DNA from: Ectobacillus sp.
GTDB lineage: Bacteria; Bacillota; Bacilli; Bacillales; Bacillaceae_G
DNA: 64,000 nt
NCBI GenBank assembly: GCA_048976805.1
Contig: JBHGUR010000035.1
Span: forward strand, 5,069-69,068
Direction of reading: 5' to 3'
The translations under genes were made by a program, and so were the position numbers. Shown here piece after piece: positions 30,609 through 41,016 of the stretch (position 1 is its first letter; the number at the start of each line of letters is the position of its first letter). The notes under the pieces are model-generated. The model worked only from the letters and a program-made list of their open reading frames with translations, was not told the DNA's origin and did not search any database.

Positions 30609-31682
30609 ATGGAACAACAGCAATTTATTAATAGCATTGCACCTTATGCTGTAAAAGCGATGCAGCAGCATAATATTCTGGCATCCTTGACAATCGCGCA
30701 AACTATTTTAGAAAGCGGCTGGGGAAAGTCAGAGCTTGCGGTAAAAGGGAACAATCTATTCGGGATAAAAGGGGTTGGGCCGGCAGGAAGCATTACAATT
30801 GAAACGACGGAACACCATGAAAACGGAACGCCGTATCGAACGAGTGCCGAGTTTCGGAAGTATCACTCCCGTGAAGAAAGCTTGGAGGATCATACAAGAC
30901 ATCTGCTGCAATCGCCAAGATACCAAAGCATTATTGGCGAGAAGGATTATAAACGGGCAAGCGAAAAAATACAAGCGGCCGGGTATACAAACGACCCGAA
31001 TTATCCTAGTCTTTTAATTGGCATTATCGAACGGCATCGTTTATATGAATATGATAACCAAACTATAGTGCCTGCACCTGCCCCGTTAAAAGAAACCGGA
31101 GTAGTAACGATCATAGCAGAAACATTGAATCTAAGGAGCGGCCCCGGCATGAATTATCCTGTTTTGCGGACGCTCCCGAAAGGATCGCAATGGAAGGTGT
31201 TTGGAGAAGCGGTGAACGGCTTTTATAATCTTGGAGGCGACCAATGGTGTTCTGCCAATCCCGTTTACGTTTCCTTCACCCCTTCCTCGCGCCCTGCCCA
31301 GGCGGCTACGAGCATAACAGGTGAAATCAAACTGCTGGTTGATTTGAATTTGCGCAGCGGCCCTGGCATGCAGTATAAAGTAATCCGAGTCATGAAAAAA
31401 GGAGAATCTTACAAAGTATTCGGAAATGCAGTTAACGGATGGTATAATCTTGGCGGTCAACAATGGTGTTCGGCTAATCCCTCCTATGTTTCTTATACTC
31501 CGTATCATTTCATAAAGGTAACTGCGGATGTGTTAAATGTACGAAACGGCCCCGGGACCCAATATGCAGTCATAAAACAAATTAAGCGCAATGAAACGTA
31601 TAGAACCTACGGCTACCAAAATGGATGGTACAACATAGGGAACGACCAATGGGTTTCCGGCGGCTATGTAACAACTATTTAA
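30609..31682 (+). CDS. GH73 glucosaminidase/muramidase with three SH3b domains
   Basis: AQTILESGWG, NNLFGIKG, GYTNDPNY; three LN(L/V)R.GPG..Y repeats. Confidence 0.88.
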   Translation: MEQQQFINSIAPYAVKAMQQHNILASLTIAQTILESGWGKSELAVKGNNLFGIKGVGPAGSITIETTEHHENGTPYRTSAEFRKYHSREESLEDHTRHLLQSPRYQSIIGEKDYKRASEKIQAAGYTNDPNYPSLLIGIIERHRLYEYDNQTIVPAPAPLKETGVVTIIAETLNLRSGPGMNYPVLRTLPKGSQWKVFGEAVNGFYNLGGDQWCSANPVYVSFTPSSRPAQAATSITGEIKLLVDLNLRSGPGMQYKVIRVMKKGESYKVFGNAVNGWYNLGGQQWCSANPSYVSYTPYHFIKVTADVLNVRNGPGTQYAVIKQIKRNETYRTYGYQNGWYNIGNDQWVSGGYVTTI

Positions 31683-31749
31683 GTTGCCGAAAAGCATAGC
31701 AAAGTTGGTCGCAAAGGCATTTCTTTGCGACCAACTAAATCGTTTATTA

Positions 31750-32214
31750 TCACTTTAAAATTGATAAATCTTGGGATAATCGAATCATATCCCTGCACTG
31801 TATGCCGTTTTCAAAAATTTCTTCAGAGTAGTGCCTAATGAAAAAATCCCTATCAATGCCAGTTATTCTAAAACCGCATTTTTGATAAAGGGCTAATTGT
31901 CCTATGCTTGAATTTCCAGTACCAATTTCTATTGTTTTAAATCTCCTTAACCTAGCTGTATGAATAGCATCCATCACCAATTGTTTCCCAATGCCTTTAC
32001 CGTGCAGGGTTTCTATAACAGAAACATTTACCAATTCAACAGTTTCAGGCCTTGTTGGAAGCAAAACGTAAACACCAATAGTTTTATTATCCTTTTCGGC
32101 TACAAAGCATTCGCCTCTTTGTATATACTCCTCAATAAACAACGGCGAAGGATCAGCTAATAACAACAATTCCATTGGAGGTTTTTCATTCACATTTAGT
32201 TTTCGAATATTCAT
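31750..32214 (-). CDS. GNAT acetyltransferase
   Basis: HGKGIGKQL and LYQKCGF motifs. Confidence 0.9.
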   Translation of the reverse strand: MNIRKLNVNEKPPMELLLLADPSPLFIEEYIQRGECFVAEKDNKTIGVYVLLPTRPETVELVNVSVIETLHGKGIGKQLVMDAIHTARLRRFKTIEIGTGNSSIGQLALYQKCGFRITGIDRDFFIRHYSEEIFENGIQCRDMIRLSQDLSILK

Positions 32215-32261
32215 ATTGCCCTCCCTTAAAAACGATATTGTTCCGAAGTTTTAGATTTATT

Positions 32262-34388
32262 TTACATACATAACTGACGTTGCCTTACTAATGCAGCTTT
32301 AATCATAAAATAGGTAATTTCAGGCGGAAGCTCATCTTTGATGGGCTTTAATTTCTCTGTGCCTGTACGTAATGCTGCTTCCTGAATAAGCGCCTCCTGC
32401 TCCGGTGTCAAAATATCCTCCCACGACACCGGCAGCCCTTCCTCCAAACATTGCACAATATGATTTTCAATCGTGATGCGGGATAATTGGCGCAAAGCGG
32501 CAATCTCTTGCAGGCTATTTCCTTGTTGGTACATCTCATATGTCACCAAATGCGATGGCTGTTTTGCTGCTTTCTCTTTTGGCGGTTCCTGCACGTTTAT
32601 AGCCGGAGTGTAGGATGGATTGCTTTCCAAATACTCCGCGATGGCATGCAACAAGCGTGCTCCATATCGTTCTTGCTTTGCCGCGCCAATTCCTTTTACG
32701 CCAAGCAGCTCTTCTTTTGTTCGCGGCAGCTTCGCACACAAATCGTGCAGCGTCTCGTCCGATACGATAACAAACGGCGGAACCTGTTCCTTGGCGGCGA
32801 TTTCTTTGCGCACTTGGCGCAAGGCTGTAAACAGCGCATCATCCGATACAACGCGTGTTGCCGCCATCGCTTCTTTGCGCATCACACGCTCCTTTCCAAT
32901 CAGCACTTCCCGCCCCTGGTTTGTCACATACAGCACTGGATATTGCCCGCCGGCTGTTCCTGCGTATTGCTCCGAAACGAGAAAATCAATAAAATCAGTA
33001 ATCTCCTTTGCGCTTTTATGCTTCAACAGTCCGTAGGTGGACAGCTTATCGAGCCGCATCTCCCGCAGCTTTTTATTCAGCGACCCGGCCAGCACTTGGC
33101 TGATCATCGTCTTGCCGAACCGCTCACCCGCACGGATGATGCACGACAGCACCATTTGCGCCTCCGTCGTCACGTCAACTTCCTCCCTTTGGTCGGTGCA
33201 ATTGCCGCAGCGGCCGCACGGACCAGCGGACTCTTCGCCAAAATACTGCAGGATAAACGACTGCAAGCATCCTTCTGTATAGCAGTAATTCTTCACTTGA
33301 AGAAGCTTGTAAAGCTCCTGGTTTTTTAACGTCTCATCTGCAGCTGACTGTTCTATTAGATAGCGCTGCAGTTGAATATCCTGTGCCGCGTAACATAAAA
33401 TACATTCGCTGCTTAATCCATCACGCCCAGCTCTGCCGGCTTCTTGATAGTAGCTTTCCATATTTTTTGGCAATTGGTAATGAATCACAAAGCGCACATT
33501 GCTTTTATTGATCCCCATTCCAAAGGCATTCGTCGCTACCATCACGGTCATATCGTCCTGCAAAAAAAGATCCTGTTGCCGCGCCCGTTCGCTATCGCTC
33601 ATGCCTGCATGGTATTTGGCCGCAGCAATGCCCTGTTTTTCCAAATGTTCCTGCAATTGATCGACATCTTTTCGGGTGGCTGCATATACAATGCCGGCTT
33701 CTCCCTTGTTTTGTTTTACATACTGTGTCATATATGCCAGCCGGTCCTGCCCCTTTACGACTTTAAAGGATAAGTTCGGCCGCGCAAATCCCGTCACAAT
33801 CGTGTTGTGCATCGGGATGCCAAGCAAAAAACAAATATCTTCCTTCACCTGGGGCGTTGCCGTTGCGGTTAACGCCAGGATCACCGGGCTTTTGGGAATG
33901 TGCTCTATCATTTCTTTAATGCGCAAATAACTCGGGCGGAAATCATGGCCCCACTGCGAAATACAATGCGCTTCATCGACTGCCACTAATGACACAGGCA
34001 TGTCCTGCAGCAAATCCAAAAATTGTGGCGCATCCATCCGTTCTGGTGCGATATATAAAATCTTGTATATCCCTTGGCGCAAGCCTGATAAACGTTCGCG
34101 CGTTTCGGATACACTGAGCGTGCTGTTGAGGAAAGTCGCCGGAATACCGACTCGCTCCAGACTGTCCACTTGATCCTTCATGAGAGAGATAAGCGGTGAA
34201 ATAACGATGGTAATGCCAGGAAGAAGAAGCGCGGGGATTTGATAGCAGATGGATTTGCCGCCGCCAGTCGGCATAATGCCAGCCGTATGATTGCCAGCGA
34301 GGATGTTTTGAATGATTTGCTCCTGGCCGGGGCGGAAGCTGTCATAGCCAAAGTACTGCTTTAAGTATTCTTTTGCTTGAGTAAGCAT
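32262..34388 (-). CDS. recQ: ATP-dependent DNA helicase RecQ
   Basis: MPTGGGKS, DEAHCISQWGHDFRPSY, QEAGRAGRDG; Zn-binding, RQC and HRDC domains. Confidence 0.96.
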   Translation of the reverse strand: MLTQAKEYLKQYFGYDSFRPGQEQIIQNILAGNHTAGIMPTGGGKSICYQIPALLLPGITIVISPLISLMKDQVDSLERVGIPATFLNSTLSVSETRERLSGLRQGIYKILYIAPERMDAPQFLDLLQDMPVSLVAVDEAHCISQWGHDFRPSYLRIKEMIEHIPKSPVILALTATATPQVKEDICFLLGIPMHNTIVTGFARPNLSFKVVKGQDRLAYMTQYVKQNKGEAGIVYAATRKDVDQLQEHLEKQGIAAAKYHAGMSDSERARQQDLFLQDDMTVMVATNAFGMGINKSNVRFVIHYQLPKNMESYYQEAGRAGRDGLSSECILCYAAQDIQLQRYLIEQSAADETLKNQELYKLLQVKNYCYTEGCLQSFILQYFGEESAGPCGRCGNCTDQREEVDVTTEAQMVLSCIIRAGERFGKTMISQVLAGSLNKKLREMRLDKLSTYGLLKHKSAKEITDFIDFLVSEQYAGTAGGQYPVLYVTNQGREVLIGKERVMRKEAMAATRVVSDDALFTALRQVRKEIAAKEQVPPFVIVSDETLHDLCAKLPRTKEELLGVKGIGAAKQERYGARLLHAIAEYLESNPSYTPAINVQEPPKEKAAKQPSHLVTYEMYQQGNSLQEIAALRQLSRITIENHIVQCLEEGLPVSWEDILTPEQEALIQEAALRTGTEKLKPIKDELPPEITYFMIKAALVRQRQLCM

Positions 34389-34511
34389 GAGGTGCCTCCT
34401 TTCGTTTTTACAAAATCTATTATAACACTTGTAGAAAAGTTCAGCCGCCTAAATTCCACCATGATGATGCAATAGAAAACACAAAAAAACCGCAAAAACT
34501 TGCGGCCTCCA

Positions 34512-34820
34512 TTACATATTGCGGAGCATATCCACTAAAAGAATAATAACCAACAGCAAATACCAAACAGCCGGAAACAAACTCCATCTAATTGCTTTTT
34601 GGTATTTTTCCTTTACAAATGCACGCCAGCTCATGATAGCTGAAATTACAACAAAGATTGGATACGTAGATATAAACGAAAAGAACAATGCTCCCATTTC
34701 AGATGCAAAAACCCAGCCGATATACCACCAGAAAAGGGTCAAGGCAAGAATGATTTCACTGCCTATCAGCCAAATGAGCAGCATAATTTTACGAGATTTC
34801 TTCACAAATAACTCCCCCAT
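34512..34820 (-). CDS. small membrane protein
   Basis: Three hydrophobic segments. Confidence 0.65.
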   Translation of the reverse strand: MGELFVKKSRKIMLLIWLIGSEIILALTLFWWYIGWVFASEMGALFFSFISTYPIFVVISAIMSWRAFVKEKYQKAIRWSLFPAVWYLLLVIILLVDMLRNM

Positions 34821-34842
34821 CCTCTTCTTCTATGTCCAAAAA

Positions 34843-35463
34843 TTACCCCTCCTCAATAATATCTAAAAAGTGCTTTAAAATTCTAGCCGTTAATCCCCAT
34901 ATTACCCTGTCTTCATAAAAATAAAAATACTCGTCCATCGTTCGGGTATGCCAATTATAGTTTTCTCCTCCCGCAATCAAGTCAAAAGGAAAAGAGGCTT
35001 CAGGTTCTATCTTAAAATAAATTTTATATACTTCAGGCGTTGTATTTTTTAAGAAAGAAAGGGGAATTGTAAAGATTTCCTCAACCTCGGATGGATTTGG
35101 CTTAATATGCTCAGGAGCTGTGATGAGTCCGGTATATGAATAGATGATTGTGCCGAACGGAGAGACCATATAATCTAAAGGAGAGACATTTGCAACCTCG
35201 TTTTCTTCTATCCCTAATTCTTCGGATGTTTCGCGAATCGCTGTATGCTGCTCATCTCGGTCATCCGGATCAATTTTGCCGCCAGGAAAACAAATTTCTC
35301 CCGGCTGCCTCCGCAATTGAAGAGAGCGAACTTCAAAAAGCACGTGAAGCTCGTTGTCTTTCTCGATAAGCGGTAACAAAACGGCAAATCTTGAGAAGTT
35401 TTCGCTGCCTAGTATAGTTGGAACACGGTTTTGTAATTGGCCTGTTAGCTTTGCAATGTTCAT
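34843..35463 (-). CDS. Nudix CoA pyrophosphatase
   Basis: QPGEICFPGG, AIRETSEELG, IWGLTARIL motifs. Confidence 0.92.
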   Translation of the reverse strand: MNIAKLTGQLQNRVPTILGSENFSRFAVLLPLIEKDNELHVLFEVRSLQLRRQPGEICFPGGKIDPDDRDEQHTAIRETSEELGIEENEVANVSPLDYMVSPFGTIIYSYTGLITAPEHIKPNPSEVEEIFTIPLSFLKNTTPEVYKIYFKIEPEASFPFDLIAGGENYNWHTRTMDEYFYFYEDRVIWGLTARILKHFLDIIEEG

Positions 35464-35589
35464 TTTCTCACCCCGTTTTCATATTATGTTTTATGCAGTT
35501 TCTACTCTTAATAGTATGGGGAAACCCGCCATAAAATAGCTGCCCCGTGAGAAAAACAATGATTTCCTTACTATAAAGATTCCCGCCGT

Positions 35590-36519
35590 CTATTCTTTGG
35601 CTTTTGCGCATATCCTTTGAAAATGGCAGTTGGCGCACTTTAATGGATGCTCCGATTTTTCGAAATACTTCAAATCTACAGGCTGATTCTGTTCTACATC
35701 CGCTACATATTGCAGCATCTGATTGACGCTCAGCAGCATGATTTCGTTTGCCCTTTCTAAATCTGCGGTGCTAATCGTACTGATATGCTGCGTTTTGCTT
35801 GCCAAATATTCGTTTCGTATTTCTATTTTTTCATGATGTATATGATATTTCTCATGAAGGTATAGTGAATATAAAGCTAGCTGATTGCGGTCTTCCTTAC
35901 TTTCCCTCCCTGTTTTCCAATCAATAATAAACCATCGACCCACATTTTCGTCTTTATACAACAAATCCATGACAATGTATACTTTTATATCATGAAGACG
36001 GAAGGAATGGAATTGTTCTGCTTCATACAAATAAATATTTTGTGCAAACATTGCCTTCTGAAAACTTTCATTTTCGTATAATGCTTCCAACGACTGACGA
36101 AGCCGCTCTGTCAAATCGGCAATCTTGCTTTTTTCAACGGCTTCCCCGTACACTAGCTCACGCAACAACGGTATAGCTTTTGGTTTTTGATGCCATAGTT
36201 GCCGCTGCTGTGAATATTTATATGCTGTGTTTAGGTTATCTCGAATATATTTCTCAACAGCTTCAATCGGCGGCAGCTCTTTAAAACGATAATGGGATAA
36301 CAATTGATAAATTGCTTGGTGGAGCATATCGCCAAGATACATCGGCAAATTGCTTAACTTCTTATAAAAGTATGCTTCCTGAGCGGAAAGAGGGGAATCA
36401 AATCGCCATCCGTTGTGGGATACATAGTATTGATATGCATATTTTCGCTTACATTCAAAAAATGTTTTATGGCGGCTGATAGACCAGGAAAATTCGGGAA
36501 ACGGCCTTGCTTCAAACAT
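35590..36519 (-). CDS. PD-(D/E)XK nuclease, Cas4/AddB-like
   Basis: D..IIDWKTG motif; one N-terminal Cys plus C-terminal CxxC...C. Confidence 0.8.
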   Translation of the reverse strand: MFEARPFPEFSWSISRHKTFFECKRKYAYQYYVSHNGWRFDSPLSAQEAYFYKKLSNLPMYLGDMLHQAIYQLLSHYRFKELPPIEAVEKYIRDNLNTAYKYSQQRQLWHQKPKAIPLLRELVYGEAVEKSKIADLTERLRQSLEALYENESFQKAMFAQNIYLYEAEQFHSFRLHDIKVYIVMDLLYKDENVGRWFIIDWKTGRESKEDRNQLALYSLYLHEKYHIHHEKIEIRNEYLASKTQHISTISTADLERANEIMLLSVNQMLQYVADVEQNQPVDLKYFEKSEHPLKCANCHFQRICAKAKE

Positions 36520-36612
36520 ATTTATATCCTCTCCTATCAAGTATGTAACGCCATTATAGCAAAACGAAAAGAAAGGCAGAAGAACACCAGTATTGGCCAG
36601 TGTTCTTTTATC

Positions 36613-37422
36613 TCATTGCAAAAGGGGATCAATTCCGTCAAAGGGCGGGTACAAATCAGGATGAAGCAGCGGAGCCAGCTTTTTTAAACCGAGCAATAAC
36701 CGTGGAGACGGACGGCAATATAGCCATTCTTCTAATATATGAATTCGATTTTGCTTTACTGCCTCCATCTCCGGCCACCCCGGTCTTTTGAGAAGAATAC
36801 TCGGGTTCACTTTATTTGTTTGCACGCCAACCCAAGCTAAGCAAATATGGTCGGGATGTTTGCTTTTTACTTCTTCCCAATCGGTTTGAATGCTTGCCTT
36901 ATCGATATGAGAGAATGCATTTATCCCCCCAGCCAACTCGCTGATTTCGGTCAGCCAATTGGTTTTTCCGGGAGTAAACACAGGCTTGGGCCACCATTCC
37001 CAATAAAGCGAAGGCCGGTGCGCAATTTTGCTTGCAATATCCTGATAGCTGTTAATAAAAGCATTGTATGCGGCAACTAGTTCATTTGCCTTCTCTTCCT
37101 TGTTTACCGCTTTTCCTAATGTCAATAAATCAGCAGCAATTTCTCGCAAGGAATTTGGATTGAGTACAATGTAGGGGAGGCCTCTTTCTTGAAGTGCCGC
37201 AATATTTTTTTCCATGCCAGGTACACTAAGGGAAGCCACAACAAGATCAGGGCGAAGCTCCTCCACAAGGTTCATATTAATATTTAAATCCGGGCCGACA
37301 CGGGGAAGGTGCTGGACTTGCGCCGGCCAATCGGAATAATCATCAATTCCTACTATATCTTCCAAGCAATCCAGATAAGCAAGCAATTCCGTATTGCTTG
37401 GGCAAATAGACACAATTCTCAT
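36613..37422 (-). CDS. cobalamin/Fe-siderophore-type substrate-binding protein (BtuF-like)
   Basis: MRIVSICPSNTELL, VGIDDYSDWP, RPSPRL motifs. Confidence 0.85.
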   Translation of the reverse strand: MRIVSICPSNTELLAYLDCLEDIVGIDDYSDWPAQVQHLPRVGPDLNINMNLVEELRPDLVVASLSVPGMEKNIAALQERGLPYIVLNPNSLREIAADLLTLGKAVNKEEKANELVAAYNAFINSYQDIASKIAHRPSLYWEWWPKPVFTPGKTNWLTEISELAGGINAFSHIDKASIQTDWEEVKSKHPDHICLAWVGVQTNKVNPSILLKRPGWPEMEAVKQNRIHILEEWLYCRPSPRLLLGLKKLAPLLHPDLYPPFDGIDPLLQ

Positions 37423-37514
37423 TCCTTGCTTCCTTTCACGTTTTAATATTCTTAATTGTAACACAATTAAGAAACAAATCAGCAAGAAAGGTGCAGGATT
37501 TTCCTGCACCCGCA

Positions 37515-37853
37515 TCACTTTGCTGTTTCCTTGAAGGTGATTCGTAAAACCGTTTCTGTTTTGGTGTTAAACGTAATATCGATAAATACCCCATATTCTT
37601 TATCTCCTTCCCTTAGCCAAAGCTTAAACCTTTCAATTGCCACATTGTTCGGTTTGTTTTCTCTGCCAATATGGAGATAATCCACGATATGTGCTTTTGG
37701 GTATTTTTCTTTTGTTTTGATAACCGCAAGCTTTCCCCATTTTGCGTATGCTGGTTCTTGGCGCTTTGCCTCTATAGCATGAGGGCTATATATATAGGTA
37801 TAGCTTGCACATCCAAGTGTGCATATAAATAGCATAATGAAAAAACGCTTCAT
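37515..37853 (-). CDS. DUF3889 (YqzG-like) exported protein
   Basis: Signal peptide; YAKWGKLAV..YP...VDYLHIGR..FKLWL pattern. Confidence 0.8.
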   Translation of the reverse strand: MKRFFIMLFICTLGCASYTYIYSPHAIEAKRQEPAYAKWGKLAVIKTKEKYPKAHIVDYLHIGRENKPNNVAIERFKLWLREGDKEYGVFIDITFNTKTETVLRITFKETAK

Positions 37854-37901
37854 AAGCTATCTCCTTTCTTTTTTTGTAGTAGGATGTGTTAAATTATATA
37901 A

Positions 37902-38034
37902 CCCCTTTTTTAGAGGGGGAGAGTGCAGTAACGGTCAGTCCAGAGGAAAACCAGAGGGAGAACATGAGTGCAGGATAAGATTGGTTCTGCATAGCCGTAA
38001 GGCACAGACGTACGTTATATAAAAATCAACATTG
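37902..38034. repeat. unassigned structured element, copy B
   Basis: Homologous to 12079-12241; preceded by TTGTAG-N17-TATAAC (37874-37902). Confidence 0.7.
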
Positions 38035-38056
38035 CTCTTTAACAAAGCCTTGTAGT

Positions 38057-38090
38057 AAAAAGGCGTTTGAGATAACTCAAACGCCTTTTT
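38057..38090. terminator. bidirectional intrinsic terminator
   Basis: AAAAAGGCGTTTGAG / CTCAAACGCCTTTTT inverted repeat. Confidence 0.8.
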
Positions 38091-38101
38091 ATAGCAATTG
38101 C

Positions 38102-38704
38102 CTAACGTTTTAAATGATGATTGGATTGGTCTTCCTGTTCTTTCTTTAACTGCTCCTTTTCATGCTCCGGCAACTGTTTGTCGTTTTGTTTTGTCGGGTT
38201 CGGCCGGTCACTATCCATTGTATCGCTTGGTATTTGCGGCATAACGCGGCCGATAATAGCTGCCAGCTCCTCCATAACTCCTTCCGGTTTTCCGGCTCTA
38301 ATTTGATTGCCCATCTCTTTTAAACGCTGGTATGTATCTACATCGGCAACTACGACAGCATTTTTTCCGTGCGGATCATTTTTCAGGCTCTCTGCCACTG
38401 TATATTTAATCGTTTCAACACGCGAACGGTCCATTTTTCCGTTCACATCAATGCCAACAACAGCATACGGACCAATTACAATCGCCGTTGCATCCTTTAC
38501 ATTCGGAACACGTTCAGCCACGCTGGCCAAATGCGCAGATATTTTCTCATTGGATTTATATTGCGCCGTATTGTTTGCCGTATTTTGAACACGAACTCCA
38601 TTTTTCTGATTATCGCCTGCTCTATTTACATCATTGTTCATCGCACAGCTTGCCAACATCCATACAACCGGAATTACGTATAGTATCTTTTTCACATTTT
38701 TCAC
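38102..38704 (-). CDS. YhcN/YlaJ family sporulation lipoprotein
   Basis: Lipobox LASC; VPNVKDATAIVIGPYAVVGIDV motif. Confidence 0.88.
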   Translation of the reverse strand: MKNVKKILYVIPVVWMLASCAMNNDVNRAGDNQKNGVRVQNTANNTAQYKSNEKISAHLASVAERVPNVKDATAIVIGPYAVVGIDVNGKMDRSRVETIKYTVAESLKNDPHGKNAVVVADVDTYQRLKEMGNQIRAGKPEGVMEELAAIIGRVMPQIPSDTMDSDRPNPTKQNDKQLPEHEKEQLKKEQEDQSNHHLKR

Positions 38705-38723
38705 CCCTTATCACGTTCTGTAG

Positions 38724-40067
38724 CTACGATTCAAAATTAGCTTCTACATTCTTTAGCTTTTCTACCTTTTCTTCTGCGCCTGTGTCAGCATTAATAAAAA
38801 TTTGGTATGTGTCATTCCTTAACGTTCCTAGAAATTCATAGCACAGCACTTCTTTTTTCAAATCATTCAGAATGATTGCCTGGCGTTCTTCCATAACTTT
38901 TACGCCTGAATTGATTTTTTTCTTGGCTTCTTCAATAGATAGCGCCGGCTTTGGAATGGTTCGCTTTCGATGCGCCGACAAATAATCCTTTGCTGAAAAG
39001 CCGACAATGGCTCCATCATCAAGCGCCACTTTCATATGAATCGATTCAGGATAAATACGGACATTGTTTATGTTCGTCACAAAAGTGAAAACCCCGACAG
39101 AATCATATTGGGCACTGTCATATAGCTCCATATTCGCAAATTTATGATCTTTTAAAAATTGAAGCCCTTTGTTAGCTGCATCGTTTAAGCTGATACTTTG
39201 TTTTTTAATTTCCCGGTTGTTAATAACCCAAATCGGATAACCGCCTTTTTCCGTTATATCCATATACGTATCGCTGTTTGTTTGCGGATGGTGAACAGTT
39301 AAGCTATAAAAGCCTTCTTTCGCCCCTTTCCCGCTATGCTCTACAGATGTGCTTTCTGATCCCTTTAAACCGAGAAAGGACCTGGCTATCCCTTTTGCCT
39401 GCTCTTTTGTAATTTTATCTCCTTCTAAATCAACCAAACCTTTTTCTCCCTTTTCAAAGCTCGTTGCAGTCGGGCCAAAGTCCGTTTCCGAATAGGATGC
39501 CACATTTTTCTCGACCGTTTTGAATCCGTCAATAATTGTGTTATCTGCCGGGTTTTTATTTGCTGCAAGTGCAAGCTCCACATCCATCCAACGCAAATTG
39601 TTTTTTAATACAAGATATTGAACATGCCGCAATTCATTTTGGATATCGCCAGCGTTTTTGTATAGCTTTTGAAGCGTTTCATATTCTTTGTCATTCAGCG
39701 GCTCTTTTTCTAAATCGCGGATAGCTGTCCGATAGCTGAAATACCCAATTTTTGCCAAAAATTCTTCTGTTTTATTAAAAGGCAATAAAGTTAGCGGCAG
39801 CTGCCCGACATTAGAGCGGGCTTCCGAAGTAATGCGCCACACCTCGGCAAGTGCAGGAGATAATGATGTTCTTGAATTCATCGCTAGCGTTGTCCCAATT
39901 TTGTCGTGCAATAAATCGACTTCGTATGCCAAATCATGAAAAGCGCGCTGATACGTATTTTCGGCGCGTATCAAAACGGCATTTTTTTCTTGATGCTCAC
40001 GATAGCCCCAGTATCCCGTACCGGCTGCGCCGATTGTTAAGGCGATAATAAGCAAAGCTCTTAGCAT
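38724..40067 (-). CDS. ypeB: germination protein YpeB
   Basis: ENTYQRAFHDL, LPFNKTEEFL motifs; PepSY repeats; follows sleB. Confidence 0.93.
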   Translation of the reverse strand: MLRALLIIALTIGAAGTGYWGYREHQEKNAVLIRAENTYQRAFHDLAYEVDLLHDKIGTTLAMNSRTSLSPALAEVWRITSEARSNVGQLPLTLLPFNKTEEFLAKIGYFSYRTAIRDLEKEPLNDKEYETLQKLYKNAGDIQNELRHVQYLVLKNNLRWMDVELALAANKNPADNTIIDGFKTVEKNVASYSETDFGPTATSFEKGEKGLVDLEGDKITKEQAKGIARSFLGLKGSESTSVEHSGKGAKEGFYSLTVHHPQTNSDTYMDITEKGGYPIWVINNREIKKQSISLNDAANKGLQFLKDHKFANMELYDSAQYDSVGVFTFVTNINNVRIYPESIHMKVALDDGAIVGFSAKDYLSAHRKRTIPKPALSIEEAKKKINSGVKVMEERQAIILNDLKKEVLCYEFLGTLRNDTYQIFINADTGAEEKVEKLKNVEANFES

Positions 40068-40085
40068 GTGATAGTCCCCTCCATT

Positions 40086-40835
40086 CTATTTGCAAAAAAT
40101 ATGTCTGCCGATTTTTTTGATTTGCGGCCGGCTCCAAATCCAGGCGCTCGTCGCTGTATCTGGATTGAAGTAGTAAATCGCTTCGCCTGTCGGATCCCAT
40201 CCGTTAATCGCATCTAGAACAGCTTTTCTGGCGGTATCATTGGGAGTCAGCCAAATTTGCCCATCTGCCACAGCTGTGAATGCACGCGGTTCAAAAATCA
40301 CTCCGGAAACCGTATTGGGAAACGAAGGGCTGCTCACCCGGTTTAAAATAACGGCTGCCACTGCCACCTGCCCGATATACGGTTCCCCCCGCGCCTCTCC
40401 GTACACCGCATTTGCCATCAATTTAATATCGTTTTGTGAAAATCCATTTGGAACGTTCGTTGCTGTCGCTTTTGCCGATTGATTGTTAGTCTGCTGATTG
40501 CCGGCGGCAGTGCTTGGCTTGTTATATTTCGTTGCTTTTACAAGCTTTTGCTTTGTTTGCTCGCCGGCAATTCCGTCGACCTTCATGCCGAATGCAGATT
40601 GGAAGTTGCGAAGAGCCCAATATGTATTCCATCCAAAAACGCCGTCAATTTTTCCTTTATAAAAACCGATGTATTGCAAGCGCGACTGTAATTCTATAAC
40701 ATCTTCCCCCACAGCACCTCTTTGAATCACCTGATTAGAGAAAGCGTGTGCGCCCTCACCGAGACTGCCAATTAACAAAGAGGCAAGAAAAACAAACATG
40801 ATAAACGGTGTTTTCCAAAAACCTTTACCAAACAT
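40086..40835 (-). CDS. sleB: spore cortex-lytic enzyme SleB
   Basis: PG-binding domain plus ANAVYGEARGEPYIGQVAVAAVILNR and YYFNPDTATSAWIWSR. Confidence 0.95.
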   Translation of the reverse strand: MFGKGFWKTPFIMFVFLASLLIGSLGEGAHAFSNQVIQRGAVGEDVIELQSRLQYIGFYKGKIDGVFGWNTYWALRNFQSAFGMKVDGIAGEQTKQKLVKATKYNKPSTAAGNQQTNNQSAKATATNVPNGFSQNDIKLMANAVYGEARGEPYIGQVAVAAVILNRVSSPSFPNTVSGVIFEPRAFTAVADGQIWLTPNDTARKAVLDAINGWDPTGEAIYYFNPDTATSAWIWSRPQIKKIGRHIFCK

Positions 40836-41016
40836 ACATAACCCCCCTATAAAAATCATTGCTTTTATGGCTATTTTCTGTAAACAGTGCACTTTTATGT
40901 AAACCATACAAAAAAAACCATGCGCTTGGTTTAAATCATTCCCATTTTTGGATGCGAAAGAAAACATGACCACATAAAAAAGAGAAGCACAAGTGCTCCT
41001 CTTTTACCTTTTCATC

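Noticed and set aside
30609-31682. Prophage endolysin
   Set aside because: No holin or other phage genes nearby; treated as a host autolysin.
32487-33329. 280-aa plus-strand ORF and similar antisense ORFs within xdh, aroA, the oxidoreductase and tnpA
   Set aside because: Shadow frames opposite well-supported genes; no RBS or motifs.
37902-38034. 6S RNA or a known riboswitch
   Set aside because: Size fits, but I could not draw the long end-to-end rod with a central bubble or find riboswitch consensus motifs; a diverged second copy exists elsewhere. Left unassigned.
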